Assembly: GCA_000934665.2 (NCBI GenBank)
Contig: JYFJ02001187.1
Coordinates: forward strand, 1-64,000
Direction of reading: 5' to 3'
Source: Catajapyx aquilonaris
Lineage: Eukaryota
Length of the DNA stretch: 64,000 nt
Below, piece after piece: positions 38,501 through 48,619 of the stretch. The first letter of the stretch is position 1; every line of letters begins with the position of its first letter. Both the position numbers and the translations under genes were made by a program. Under the pieces are notes generated by a model. The model saw nothing but the letters and a program-made list of their open reading frames with translations. It did no database searches and was not told where the DNA came from.

Positions 38501-38784
38501 GCTGCAATCAGTGTAGTTGTCGAAACAGCTGAGTATTCCAACCCAGGTTTTACGGATATACCATCACACTGCTGGTTGATCACCTTTCTCTGGCCACTTT
38601 GTATTGTGGTCATAAATGAGAGCGTCAAATATCAGGAGATAGTGTGAGTTTCACTATATTGGATTGGCAAATTTATTGTCAAACTTGTGACATTTTCCTA
38701 TTTTTTTTCAGGGTGAATGTCAGGTACCAGAAAAAAGCTCGCCTGGAATTTGGGACAAAACTGGGGATGAACTCTCCGTTTTAA
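12799..38784 (+). CDS. TMEM94: Transmembrane protein 94 (KIAA0195/ERMA, atypical P-type-ATPase-like ER protein), about 1381 aa, 18 coding exons
   Basis: Exons: 12799-12902, 15637-15932, 17902-18557, 25707-25978, 26050-26409, 27097-27190, 27536-27974, 28031-28155, 28213-28517, 29037-29322, 33570-33778, 33839-34013, 34077-34197, 35094-35218, 35282-35528, 38301-38394, 38479-38643, 38712-38784; all GT-AG, 4146 nt in frame. Family motifs: GLSTQEAL, WTYRDGNLVNLPWALL, CCVDKKGILSWPNPTAEKVFF, ACIRFVHFSKEHELRSRVFSEKMGLESGWNCHVSL, NRAKLPRGIENIRPHLEQVDNVPLLVSLFTDC, and C-terminal FGTKLGMNSPF*. Confidence 0.95.
13367..13715 (+). mobile_element. tRNA-derived SINE, family A, copy 1
   Basis: tRNA-like head with B box GGTTCGATCCC; body matches the copy at 26507-26885 (-); (TTG)n tail. 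Confidence 0.8.
13725..13989 (-). mobile_element. tRNA-derived SINE, family B, copy 1 (tail-to-tail with family A copy 1)
   Basis: On -: A box TGGTGGCGGAGGGG, B box GGTTCGATCCC, core GGTTTTCTGTGGTTTCCC...AAATGCCGGGG...GGCCACAGCCGCTTCCTTCC; matches 53536-53820. Confidence 0.8.
14000..14228. repeat. Degenerate (ATT)n microsatellite; a second tract lies at 14568-14638
   Basis: Directly visible ATT/AGT/ATA repeats. Confidence 0.95.
15060..15232 (-). mobile_element. Partial hAT-type MITE
   Basis: End GGATCCGCCCCTG (CAGGGGCGGATCC on -); internal module shared with the MITEs at 31768 and 37716; opposite TIR not found. Confidence 0.5.
16380..16680. mobile_element. TA-flanked pogo/Tigger-like MITE
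   Basis: TA|CACTGTACTCCC ... GGGAGTACAGTG|TA; internal GATAATC repeats. Confidence 0.75.
19588..20042. mobile_element. Two adjacent Tigger/pogo-like MITEs (19588-19748 and 19879-20042)
   Basis: TA|CAGTTGACTCC...GGAATTGACTA|TA and TA|CAGTAGACTCTGGATATAAC...TTATCCAGAATCAACTG|TA; internal (G)TTATA(A/G)C motifs. Confidence 0.65.
20147..20410 (+). mobile_element. tRNA-derived SINE, family C (V-SINE-like core), copy 1
   Basis: A box TGGCGGAGTGG and B box AGTTCGATCCC; core GAGTTTGGATGGGTTCTCTCCGTGTTTGCGTGGGTTTTCTTGAGGTTCTCCCGTTTCCTCCCACA; (ATT)n tail; approximate 12-bp TSD ATACCCGAGTTT / ATTCCCGACTTT. Confidence 0.8.
20589..22646. mobile_element. MITE with about 130-bp TIRs (CT(T/A)ACAAGGG terminus), left TIR interrupted by a Tc1/mariner insertion
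   Basis: 20589-20649 joined to 22079-22150 is the reverse complement of 22512-22646; same terminus as the MITE at 57693-58063. Confidence 0.75.
20652..22076 (-). mobile_element. Degenerate DD41D (rosa/Visitor clade) Tc1/mariner transposon with a pseudogenised transposase
   Basis: TA|CAGGGTGT...ACACCCTG|TA with about 140-bp TIRs. Minus-strand fragments WSDEAQF, WFQQDGVPPHY and WPARSPDLTPLDFFLWGYVK; 41 codons between the 2nd and 3rd catalytic Asp; frameshifts and an in-frame TGA. Confidence 0.92.
26507..26885 (-). mobile_element. tRNA-derived SINE, family A, copy 2, with a long (ATT)n tail (26507-26576)
   Basis: On -: GGGGAGGCGGAGTGGTGC...GGGTTCGATCCCAAGCCC...CATAGCAACGACATT; colinear with 13367-13715. 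Confidence 0.85.
30794..31119. mobile_element. piggyBac-type MITE
   Basis: TTAA|CCCTGGAACC(G/A)TGCC ... GGCATGGTTCCAGGG|TTAT; subterminal GGGGTC-N5/6-GACCCC palindromes at both ends. Confidence 0.8.
31567..32098. mobile_element. MITE with about 33-bp TIRs, nested in the long-TIR element
   Basis: CTTTTTGACGTGAATACGTCTTTAAAGTCGGGTC / GACCCGATTTTAAAGACGTATTCACATCAAAAG; flanks CTGCA / CTGCG. Confidence 0.7.
31768..32000. mobile_element. hAT-type MITE (GC-rich, poly-G)
   Basis: CAGGCCCGG ... CCGGCCCTG with an exact 8-bp TSD TCACCATG (31760-31767, 32001-32008). Confidence 0.85.
32399..32733 (+). mobile_element. tRNA-derived SINE, family D, copy 1
   Basis: GGGGAGGTGTGGTGGCAGAGATGG...GGTTCGATCCC; body colinear with 57198-57525; candidate TSD TCTAATTT. 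Confidence 0.8.
34497..34790. mobile_element. Tc1/mariner-type MITE (CAGGGTGTTTCT family), degenerate copy
   Basis: TA|CAGGGTGTTTCTTACTAGT...GGCCCAAAA...AAAAATGTA; same family as 55981-56258, 58905-59309 and 61875-62784. Confidence 0.65.
35549..36065. mobile_element. TA-flanked Tc1/mariner (Tc2/pogo-like) MITE
   Basis: TA|CTGTATTACCTCTCATAAAGCGGCATGC ... GCATGCTGCTTTATGAGAGGCAATACGG|TA; starts 20 nt after a TMEM94 donor site. Confidence 0.8.
36944..37099. mobile_element. Tourist/Harbinger-like MITE
   Basis: AGCCACATTTACATGTGAACGATTTGATCAGTGATGTTGCA / TGCAACATCGCTGATCAAATTGCTCACTTGTAAACGCGGCT inverted ends; TAA-like flank. Confidence 0.6.
37443..37707 (+). mobile_element. tRNA-derived SINE, family C, diverged copy 2
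   Basis: GCCTTCCACCTAT head, core ATGGGTTCTCTCCATAGTCTGTGTGGGTTTTCTTGGAGTTCTCCC, tail GGCCACAAGCCCTATCCCAGGGTA plus ATT repeats; colinear with 20147-20410. Confidence 0.7.
37716..38016. mobile_element. hAT (Charlie-like) MITE
   Basis: CAGAGGTTCCCAAACT ... AGTTTGGGAAACTCTG with an exact 8-bp TSD ACCTAGAC (37708-37715, 38017-38024). Confidence 0.88.
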
Positions 38785-40830
38785 GCTCCTTGGAATAGTA
38801 CACCACTGCCACTCTCAGAACCCAGTGTCTGCAGGGAATGGTCATGCTGTCAGGTTCTGGTAGTACCAAGTACACTCAATCCTGGGCCAGATCAAAATTA
38901 CTCCTCCAGCACAATTTAAAGTCGATTGATATTGTGAAAACCTTGTGTGTTCATTATCATGTCCATGGCAACAAGTTTATGATAAATTAGGGACCATGTG
39001 ACAAGGTTTGGATTATATTGTTGATAATTAAGATTCTTGTTCAAGTTTTAATTATTGAATTTTCTGCAGTCATGTTTGTTCGTTTGAGTGGGAAGCAACC
39101 AAAGCCGCTGTGGCTATCTGGTTATCAGAATGATATGTGTTTTAGCATGGAACACCAATGGGAATCAACCAGGCGGGTCTGTTAACCAATTCTGGTCCTA
39201 CACTTCCTCTGCACTCGTGTACTGTACCTGTGCAAGTCAACAACCAAGAACTTGTCCCTATAACCACCTGACTGATAAATGCACAAAGTCATTAGAGTTC
39301 CATGTGAGATATATGAATTATTGTTTTCAGTCTTATATGACTAGTAACATTCATGAGGGGCATATTATCTCAGATTCATGCAAAATGAGTAATTTTACCA
39401 GATTTCATTTTATGATCTTGACTGACTGACTAAACACTAAACTACTAAAGGGTAGTGCCAAAGAAAGAATTACAGGCAGTGTAGATTTTTTTCATCAAAT
39501 TACAAGAAATGAAACCAGATATTTTCTTGTCAAGTATTGCATGAATTTTCTATCTCTAGGATCCTGAGGTTATATTTCCACAAACTTTAGTGGGTGTCAC
39601 ACATTTTTACTTATTTCTATTTGTGGGGTAAATGACCTCATGGACTGCCTGCCTGTGAAATTGTTAATTGTGTTTAATTGGCTAGATAAGTTAGCATGTG
39701 CTGATGGTCGTTTGGAAGAGCCGATGCAACTAAGGCCACAGGATGGGGAAAGGGGAGAAATGAGGAAGCGAGAGATATAAAGAGAAATTTCAGGACACTT
39801 CTAGGAAAGGAGTCCATAGTAGGGTTCCTGCACCAACACAGAGCTCAATCTCAAGGGGCATGGGCAACCGATTACACGGTGTGAATTACTTACCTTAAGC
39901 GCTTAAGGCATCAAAAGTGGGGGTCATTCAATATTGAATAAAATATTTTTTTGAGTACCATGTGCCATCCTATTAAACACACATTGCTTGTGTATTGTAC
40001 AGTAATGTGACTTTGTTTTAACTTCTGCATTTTTGTGCCAACATCTTGCTTAGCATAAGGGACCAAGAGCTATAGTGATAGGATGCAAGAGAAAGTGCAA
40101 TGCCTGCATGTACAATTACAATAATAATTAGTACTGCATTGACACGGCATTCATCACAGGCATGTTCAGATGCTACCACTTACGCATCAGGCCAGTAAGA
40201 CAGGGCAACTGCATTCCAAGCTTCTCAAGGGAAGAAGAGTACTGTGGTTTCAACCTCTCTGATTTAATTATTAATAAAAACAAACCACAAAAAATTATTT
40301 CATACGCCAAAGATTTTTCAAGTGCAAACTGTCCTTGTTACAAGAAAGGAATATCAACTAGTGATACATGCAAAGTCCTCCTCTGTGAACAAAACTTAAT
40401 TTTGCAGCAGATGCTATTGGGGCCTAATAATACAGGTGGCTGTGGGCCTTAGCAATGGACATCACTCACTGAATAAATACTCATGGAAGAAAATTGGCCT
40501 GTTTATAACAAAGTTGATTGGGAGCAGGATGAGGACAAACTGAGGAAACAGCATTGCAGCCCTGGCAAAAGAAAGCTTTACCTGCATATGGACATCGGGG
40601 TCAAAGTTACCATTTGACCCATGTGCCCAGCTACAGTTTGTGTTCTTGTGCAGGATAGCAATGGACTAGGTTGAAAACAACTGCAATTAAGTGTTTTGTA
40701 GACAATGTAAAAGCCACATTCAAGAAAATGGTTATATGAAACAATAGCATGCCTTCAATTACGTCACCCTCTCTAATCATCATGGTTTGATGTGCCAAAT
40801 CTTGGTGGTATGCTACTGGAAAAACTACCT

Positions 40831-40926
40831 TGTACTATGGGCGCCAAAAGAATTGACCAGATTTGATGGGTATATGGCGCTATATACCCATCAACTCCGG
40901 TCAATTCTTTTGGCGCCCATAGTACA
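40831..40926. repeat. Near-perfect 96-bp palindrome (probable minimal MITE)
   Basis: TGTACTATGGGCGCCAAAAGAATTGACC...GGGTATAT|GGCGCT|ATATACCC...GGTCAATTCTTTTGGCGCCCATAGTACA. Confidence 0.85.
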
Positions 40927-42200
40927 GTAGTCCCACAAGCAGTGCCACATGAGGGCCGAGGTGGAGAAGCATGCATTAATAAGCTCACATTCGCTGAAGC
41001 AAATTGCCAGGTTGATTCATGCACACTTCTACCCTGCCTGCATTTCGCCCTGCTTGTGGGAGTAGAAGGCAGTTTTTCCCAGTAGCTTATATCTGGTGTA
41101 AGAAGCAAAAACTGCCTTCAGTGAGAGTGCAGACTGCAGAGAAAATTTCAGGTTACACTAGGTAGGTGATTGCAAGACTTTCCATAAAGGACTGTAAATA
41201 ATATATTGATGGGAATTGTCTATTCTTGTGTAAATATTGTTGAAACTTGTTGTAGCTTCCTCAAATTTGGGAAAATTTTGGCAATGCGCTTCTGTATTCC
41301 ATATGTATTTTGTCATGTATGGGCACATTGATCAAATGTGACCGAAGAAATTGTACATGTAATGAATAACATGACAAGTGACATTTTGTCGTCATATTTT
41401 CATGCATATTTTTATACCATGTGTTTCAGAATGTAGCTTACATTTGTATCAGTTGAAATGTCGGGGATTCTGATGTGTCAGGTTGGTATTCCTATGCCTG
41501 CCTTAGTACATCAAAATAACTGAAGGCGCATTCCCCCATGCACTACTCCTTTGGGCGCCTGTGAGCATACATGATAGTTCTGGTGACGTGGATGTGAGCT
41601 AAACTCTGAGACAGGCGGCATACACAGTATGTTACCATTGAAATGTCCATACTGATTAGTAATTTTTTTGCACTATGCTGCTTAATTTTAAGCAGTACTT
41701 TAGAACAGTTGCGTCTAGAGGTTAGCTGCTAGTATTAGGTTGAATAGAAGGATTCATTCAAGTGCTGAATTTCAATACATTTTATTTGAGCTTCAGGTGG
41801 TGCATGTGACCCCTTCTGACCCACTGCCAGCTAAGGTCAGTGGTTGAACCCATTGATCAAAGCCTAGGAATTACTGCATGTTGCACAAGTCTGTGAACTA
41901 ACATTCTCCCCTCCAGGCATTTACTTCCTTCTTGCAGATCTCTACTTTGCATTACAAACCCAGCACCCCCAACTAGTTGGGACCAGCCAACAAATGCATG
42001 TGCCTTATTTCCTACCGCACAATCGAGAATAAAATTGACCAAAGGGAAGCTTGTTTGTTCACAGGCTTGTGCAATGTGCCGTAGTGTAAAATGATGCATC
42101 CCATTTGCCCTACTATCAGCAGGTAATATTTGTGATAACCCTAAGTAGATGTTCCAAAGTAACTGCTTGAAAATATGTGCAGCTTAGTGTGGGATATATG

Positions 42201-42423
42201 CACGGTGTTCCAAGTATCAGGGATGTTGTTAGTTATCGCTAATATTGTTGACGTTATTTTTGTGTAGCTTGTTGTGTCCTGATCCAGATGCCAAATCATT
42301 TCCAGGTTGCTGAATATAGCAGTTGCTGTATATTAGGGCATCTGGATCAGACCACAACAAGCTAACAAAAATTACAGGGCGTATAACTGAAAATGACCTT
42401 TATAAGGTACTTGGAATGCCCTG
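42201..42423. mobile_element. MITE related to the TIRs of the DD41D element
   Basis: CACGGTGTTCCAAGTA ... TACTTGGAATGCCCTG|TA; internal TAGCTTGTTGTG..CTGATCCAGATGCC inverted pair resembles 20719-20750. Confidence 0.55.
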
Positions 42424-42900
42424 TATATGTATTTCTTCCAGAGATGCTGCTTGCTTTTAAAGTTGAAAGGAACAGGCCAAAATCAGCACACAAGATTGGT
42501 TAGTCTGTACCCTGTAAGCATACCTTATCAAATATCAAGCTGGGTTATGGCAACACGCAAAACTTCATCACATCTATGCAAAGACAGGCGCTAGTTGATT
42601 GTTATTCTGCCACATGACTTTTATTCCACATAATGGGTTAATCACTTGTGTACCATGCCACAAGTCTCCGGTTATGGATGAATAATGAGCTCGAGTTGTA
42701 ACAACTGCACAGAGTTTGGTGGAGCCTCGAACTTCTCATGGAAGACCAGCAAAGACTGTCTGTCTCAGCTCACAAGCAACTTCAAAAATAAATTACTGCA
42801 CTAGGTCACAGTTGCTGCAGCTGGTCCCGGGTCGCACTACAGTTAACCAAGTGGTATGAAATGCGACCATGCATCACTTCCATTTCCATATGACTGTCCC

Positions 42901-45900
42901 TTATGTAGAGTCTTCTTCAGGAAGATCCAAGATCTCTGACACAAAGCCAGACACATCAGTTTCTCTATTCTGATGTAGGAGGAGGAAATGATGTGTCAGC
43001 AGCTGACTGTAATTGGGTCGCTCTGCAAAGTTCTTCTTTAAACTGGAGAGTTAAAAAAAAAATAGGTGAACCAACCAAGTTTTAAGATTGATTTCTTGCA
43101 ATGGCAAGGTACTCACCAGAGCTCCATGAAGTTTTCAAACTCAGAAGAAAATGCACCAGGAGGCAGGCGAGGTGGGTCATCCTTGACAACCTGCTTCAGC
43201 TGGTCAAAGGGAGTTCCCCACATTTTGTATGGGAATTTTCCTGTGGCAAGCTCAATCATGGATATGCCAAGACTCCACACATCAGAGCGGATATTATAGT
43301 TGGATGTGTTTCCCTGAGGGTCGATGCGTTCAGGCTGCAAAAGAGAGTTCCAAGGGTATATTTTAGGCATCACTAAATCACACTATATATGTAAATTTCA
43401 AAGCAAAGTTCACTAAAGATGCAGGGCTACTGAGACCCATCCAACACCGAACATCTCTTTCAACATCCGATTTCAAACAGAATACGGATTCCCATAATTA
43501 TAATTTAACTAGTTCATGTCACAACCACCAGCAAACCTAATGATCCTAATGCTACTCTTGTAATCACACAGCCATGGTATTTTTAAGGCAACAATGTTTG
43601 GATCACGTTCAGATATGGAAACAAATTGTGTACTTGCCGCCATGTATGGCTTGCATCCTGCATCAATAGTCTTGGCCACTGAATCCACCAGGTAGCCAGA
43701 GATGCCAAAGTCACACATCTTGACTTGACCTTGGCGGTTGATCAGAATGTTTGATGGTTTCACATCCCTATGAATTACTTGTAGTTCGCTGTGCAAGTAG
43801 TGCAAGGCACTCACTACCTGTAAGACATCCCAACGTTAACTGGAATTCATGGCCTTTGGTTAATGACTTACAGCAAAGGCTATTTTTCCAAGGATGTCTT
43901 CTGGTATGCAGCGTCCATGACGATGAACCTTAGCATAAAGCTTGTCCAAAGAGGTGTCCATCACCTCCATGCATATCCAGACATCCCCTTCACGGAAGAG
44001 GGCACCATAAAACTGCACTGTATATGGGCAGGCTGAGGAGCGCATTGAAATGTCTAGGTCCATCAGCAATCGTTTCTGCTCTTGACTGTTGACAGTGGCA
44101 GCAATTCTCTTCACTGCCATTATGGTGCCACTTGGCACATGGCGCATCTTCTCAACTATACCATAAGCCCCCCGGCCAAGGTCACATATTTTCTCCAGGT
44201 CATCAGCTTCCACATCAAAGGTTTTGTCTCCTATAGTGATTGTTGTCCGCTTATCCAGGTTGCGTGGAGGTGTTCTATAGGAGTGATTTCATTGGTACAG
44301 AACAATAAAAAAATAAGCCATATGCAGAACTAAATCACAATTACGATACAATTGAGCACCTAATAATACACTACAATTAGTGGCAGTAGCAGGAGAAAAA
44401 TGATAAAAACACATGATCTACTGCTCCTCTCCCCAACTTCAAAACTTAGCTGAGTCCTGGAATAAACCACTGTGCCATATTTTCTAAAACTGTAAGAGTA
44501 CAGCATGTATCATCAGTCCAAAAAGAATTGTCCCTCACGTCGAGCGGGCAGCCACGCGCCATGATGAAAGCAACCAGTTAACTGGTTCCTTTCATCCTGA
44601 CGCGTGGCTGCCCGCTCGACGCGAGGGACAATTCTTTTTGAACCGTTGATACCTGACTAATGAATCTGCCCTTGCAGTGAGGCCTTCTGCAAGGGCAATG
44701 CTCACCATGAACTAAAAGCCCCACAAGGGAAGATATGATATTATTCTTCGACATAAATAATAACTGCACCATGATCAACAAACAATTTCCTTCCAGATTT
44801 ACTGGCAGTGTTCAGAAGTAAAAGTGAGTTTTCTTGCCATAAATCCATCAAAACAATATCACATTCAGGTACATTACCACCATATCAATGAGCATGATAG
44901 ACTGAAACCTAGACTTTCTCTAGAGGTCCACACTCTTGTAGGCTACTTCTTTTGGAATATATGACAGAATGAAGGACTTGTAAATTAATCCCATTGGGTA
45001 CCAGTATAACTATTTGTACACTAGTGCCAAGGCAGATACAGCCTTACTTAATACACATCCTGCGTGATAACAACAAAAAACACTTACAACACTATCACTC
45101 ACACACTAAAATTCCAAACACCAAAAAACAAGGACAGGTGACACAAATCTACCACATTACATGACAGGTACTATATCAGACAAAAAGATTGAGATGACTT
45201 TGAATTGCACTTCAATACTTCATTTCTGATATACTTGTAGGTCATATGCAAAAACATTTCAAAATGCAAAAATATGTGTTTCCACCAAGTGATACTGTTG
45301 AGACGTTCCACGATACACCATAATATTATACAATCTTGCACATTTGATTCTCCAATAGTGTTCTATGACCCCTTCAAGAGACCAATTCATTGACCTCATC
45401 TACAATATCCTTACTCAACTGTGACTCCCTCATACTGGGTAACACCAACACCCTCTACTTTTTCTCTACCAGTTTGAACCAGTAACTACTGAAATGATTA
45501 CCTTACGCATATGGGTCAGCTGATGGAATCCAAGATTGTAGAGGTTCCATTCCATCTTTTTAGAAAAAACAAATTCAGTGATGTTAGGATGCACTAATTC
45601 CAGTTATAATAATATAACTGCCATTTGTAATAGTATACTGGCAGCAATTGCCAGGCCACTGGCTTCTGAAGGCGGGAACACTTTCAGTGGCAAAATCCAA
45701 GAGCCGGGAAGTCATCCCACATGACTGCCCCGTATAAAAATTAACCTTAAGACTTAGCGCCCCTGTAGTAAGGGGATTTAAGGACATTAAATTTGTCCAC
45801 TCTCATTCAGTTTCCACTTATATAAGTGCAGAAATTGGATAATTTTTTACACTTCTAATACATGGAAAAAATATGCTTTTTTCACTTAAAATTTCCCTAA

Positions 45901-46956
45901 TTTCCACTTAACAAGTGCAAAAATCCATTTTACTCATATTAAGTGGAAATTAGGGCGATATTAAGTAGAAAATGTGCTTTTTTCCACTTATAATGTATGG
46001 GGGAAAAAATGGTCAATTTAATAGTGGAAACTGAGGAGAATGCAGTCATGACGCTCATTCACATGGATACCCTTCAGCCAATGCTTTACTAGCCAGCTAG
46101 GAAACATCACCAGTGCCAGGCTATAATGCAAACACACTCTCAAGCTGCTGGGTCACCAATACTTCCACCTATGTTAAGAGTTTTCTGTTTATTTCTATAA
46201 TGCTGACTCAATAATCGGACACACTTATTTCTACTTGTCTTGGCAAGACGTCTACTGTGCTTCAAGTTCCAGAACGGTACCACAGAAGTCCAAATCAGCA
46301 TTAAATGATCTCAAATGCACTTTCTGTGAAAACAAAAAAAATATGGGTAAAATGTTATCTTACATTGCTTGTGGTGCAGGTTCCTCCATGGGCATATGAA
46401 GTTTCAGTCCAGACCCCTTCTTGAAGCCCTTGCGCCCTAAAATGATGTGATATTGACTTTTAAAAAGGTAATATAAGAGTATCCCAGCTATATTACACAT
46501 TCACTGCATATATTTAACCCAAGATGTTTCTGGTATTGATGGCAGGAGTACATTTGGCCCTATATGTCCATTAATATTTCTTCTACATAAAATCCGGGCC
46601 ACTCAATTGCACAGCTTGAAACTTCACAAGTATTACATGATTTCTGTAGCTGTTACACATGCTATGAAGTGATTTAAAAATTTATTATCTGCTCTCCAAA
46701 TTGGCAGAATCATGGTCAAAAATAACTTCAATTAAGAACATTTCATTTCTATTGTCATGACACATTACAAAAATCAGGGGAATCAGCACCAGATCGGATT
46801 TTTAAAAACACTGGACACCCCCAGTTTAAACCTCATGGCAAAAATACGGTTCTTCAATATCACAAAGCTTCTTCCTGAACTATTGCAAAGCAACTAATGT
46901 AGATAAATGAAACATATATTATCCTCAGTAATCAAACAATTAGACTTACCGGCCAT
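42901..46956 (-). CDS. lic: Dual-specificity MAP kinase kinase 3/6 (p38 MAPKK; Drosophila licorne orthologue), 340 aa, 6 coding exons
   Basis: Exons (-): 46956-46950, 46436-46364, 44274-43872, 43817-43638, 43334-43117, 43042-42901 (1023 nt). Basic D-site MAGRKGFKKGSGLKL; TPPRNLD; GRGAYG; HRDVKPSN; DFGISGYLVDSVAKT (the SVAKT activation loop is diagnostic of MKK3/6); YMAPERI. Intron 43637-43335 is GC-AG. Confidence 0.96.
44507..44652. repeat. 146-bp zero-loop palindrome in an MKK3/6 intron
   Basis: 73-bp arms centred on GTT|AAC (44579/44580), with a few mismatches. Confidence 0.9.
45808..46033. mobile_element. Probable MITE with internal TTCCACTTA/TAAGTG(G)AA sub-repeats
   Basis: TCAGTTTCCACT ... 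AGTGGAAACTGA inverted ends; motif repeated about 8 times in both orientations. Confidence 0.55.
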
Positions 46957-47669
46957 GGTGTCCCACTCACTGTCCTGCAGTCTGCAAGAAAAACATAGCA
47001 AAATAATGTATTTGCAACGTAATACTCAAAAGTGTGCACACTCTTACTTCCCAGTAACACAGCTTATTGCAACATAGCCCTCCCTCGAGACCAGATAATT
47101 ATCCGACAAGTAACAGAAACCCTCTGATAGTGTCACTTCCCCCCACTGCAACTAATTTTTATGCAAACGCTTGTTAACATTAGGTGGCGCATGTGATAAT
47201 TCTGCTGTCTCCGGCCCCTACCATTCAGTATTCTTACCACATTGAGCGTCACAACTTATGGCATATTGCAGTAACAGTTGATTGCAATTTCCCTCAGTAA
47301 AAGCTCACGAATGACACATCTATTGTAAAAGCCACGGGTTGTCATTTGTCATGCAACATCTCCAATGTCTTTTGGCATGCCAGATAAATTTACTCAAGAA
47401 GACCTCATCCGACAACCTCCAGCAACAACTCTCATCGCTAATCTGAACGCAAATTGTATAATCACATGTACATATGCTGTTGACACCAGCAATAACCCCC
47501 ATCTACAGTCTACCCCCGCCACAAATTTGCAGAAGTACAACATGGCATTTCAGACCCAGCCACTATTGCCATGATCTAAAGAGTAGTTTGTCACAAGGGT
47601 CACCAGCCTTCCATCATCCGACTTATCCCACATCAATACAACACCCCACCAAAATGACACATAGTAAAT

Positions 47670-48500
47670 TGGGTTACCCACGATTGTCACCGAATATGTC
47701 AACTTTCAAATGGAAACAAACGGGATTGTCGAAAGTGCCCAGAAGAGGAAATCCGTCTCCCTTTTTTTTTGCCCTCTTCAGGAGCACAGTATACCGGCCG
47801 ACGACATGCTACCGCAGTTGATAATCCTCATTATCGAAGAAGAAAAAAATGGACAAGATCGGTGAATACTAAGATAATGTTCTACTTACAAATTTTTTGC
47901 ATTTTATATGTTTTATTCAAGTCTGTATTAATTTCAGTTTAACTGTGGTTTCCACTTTAGCGTATTTATTTTATAATGCCTGCGGCAACATTGCGGTCTT
48001 ATGACTAATGAGGAGGCTGCAAATGCGATCCAGTTTATAATAGGTACGTGCGTACATATAAATATTAATATTGTAGCCTATAAATATTTCTATAATAAAA
48101 CATTGCGTAACATATGGGCATAAACTTATAGGTACGGTTGGCAACATTGATATAGCTTCTAAAATAACTGCTTATTTGTCCGACAGATATTGAGAAACTG
48201 TTAATAACAGTCGACTTTTATCTTACATCGCGGCTGTACGCTGTTTATATATTTATTCATCATAATGGCTCTCCTATTTTAACATGTCTCTCACTATTTT
48301 TTCTTGAGCGTGACCTGAACTTGCTTCCTGTAAAAATGAGGCTGAAATTTTCGGAAATTTTAGAGCAAGGGCACAAAACTGTTGCTGAAAGTGGTTATAC
48401 TTAGTAGCAGTTTGAATAAGCAGTGATATCGACGACGCGAGCTGAGGATTGCGATCAGTGTGATGGGATGAACTGGTGGATGTTGAGACCTGCTTGCATT
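47670..48500. promoter_or_regulatory. Bidirectional promoter / 5'UTR region of MKK3/6 (-) and MOSMO (+)
   Basis: Start codons only 1.66 kb apart; local CpG enrichment; candidate minus-strand donors near 47676 and 47889, plus-strand donors near 48044 and 48132, acceptor near 48592. Confidence 0.5.
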
Positions 48501-48619
48501 TTGACCTAGTCACGTTGAATTCAGTGTGATCCGAAAATGTGACTTAACACTTGTGCTTGACGTAATTCTAATTTATTAGCAATATTGTTCAGAAATTGAT
48601 TTGAACACTACCTGCAGCT

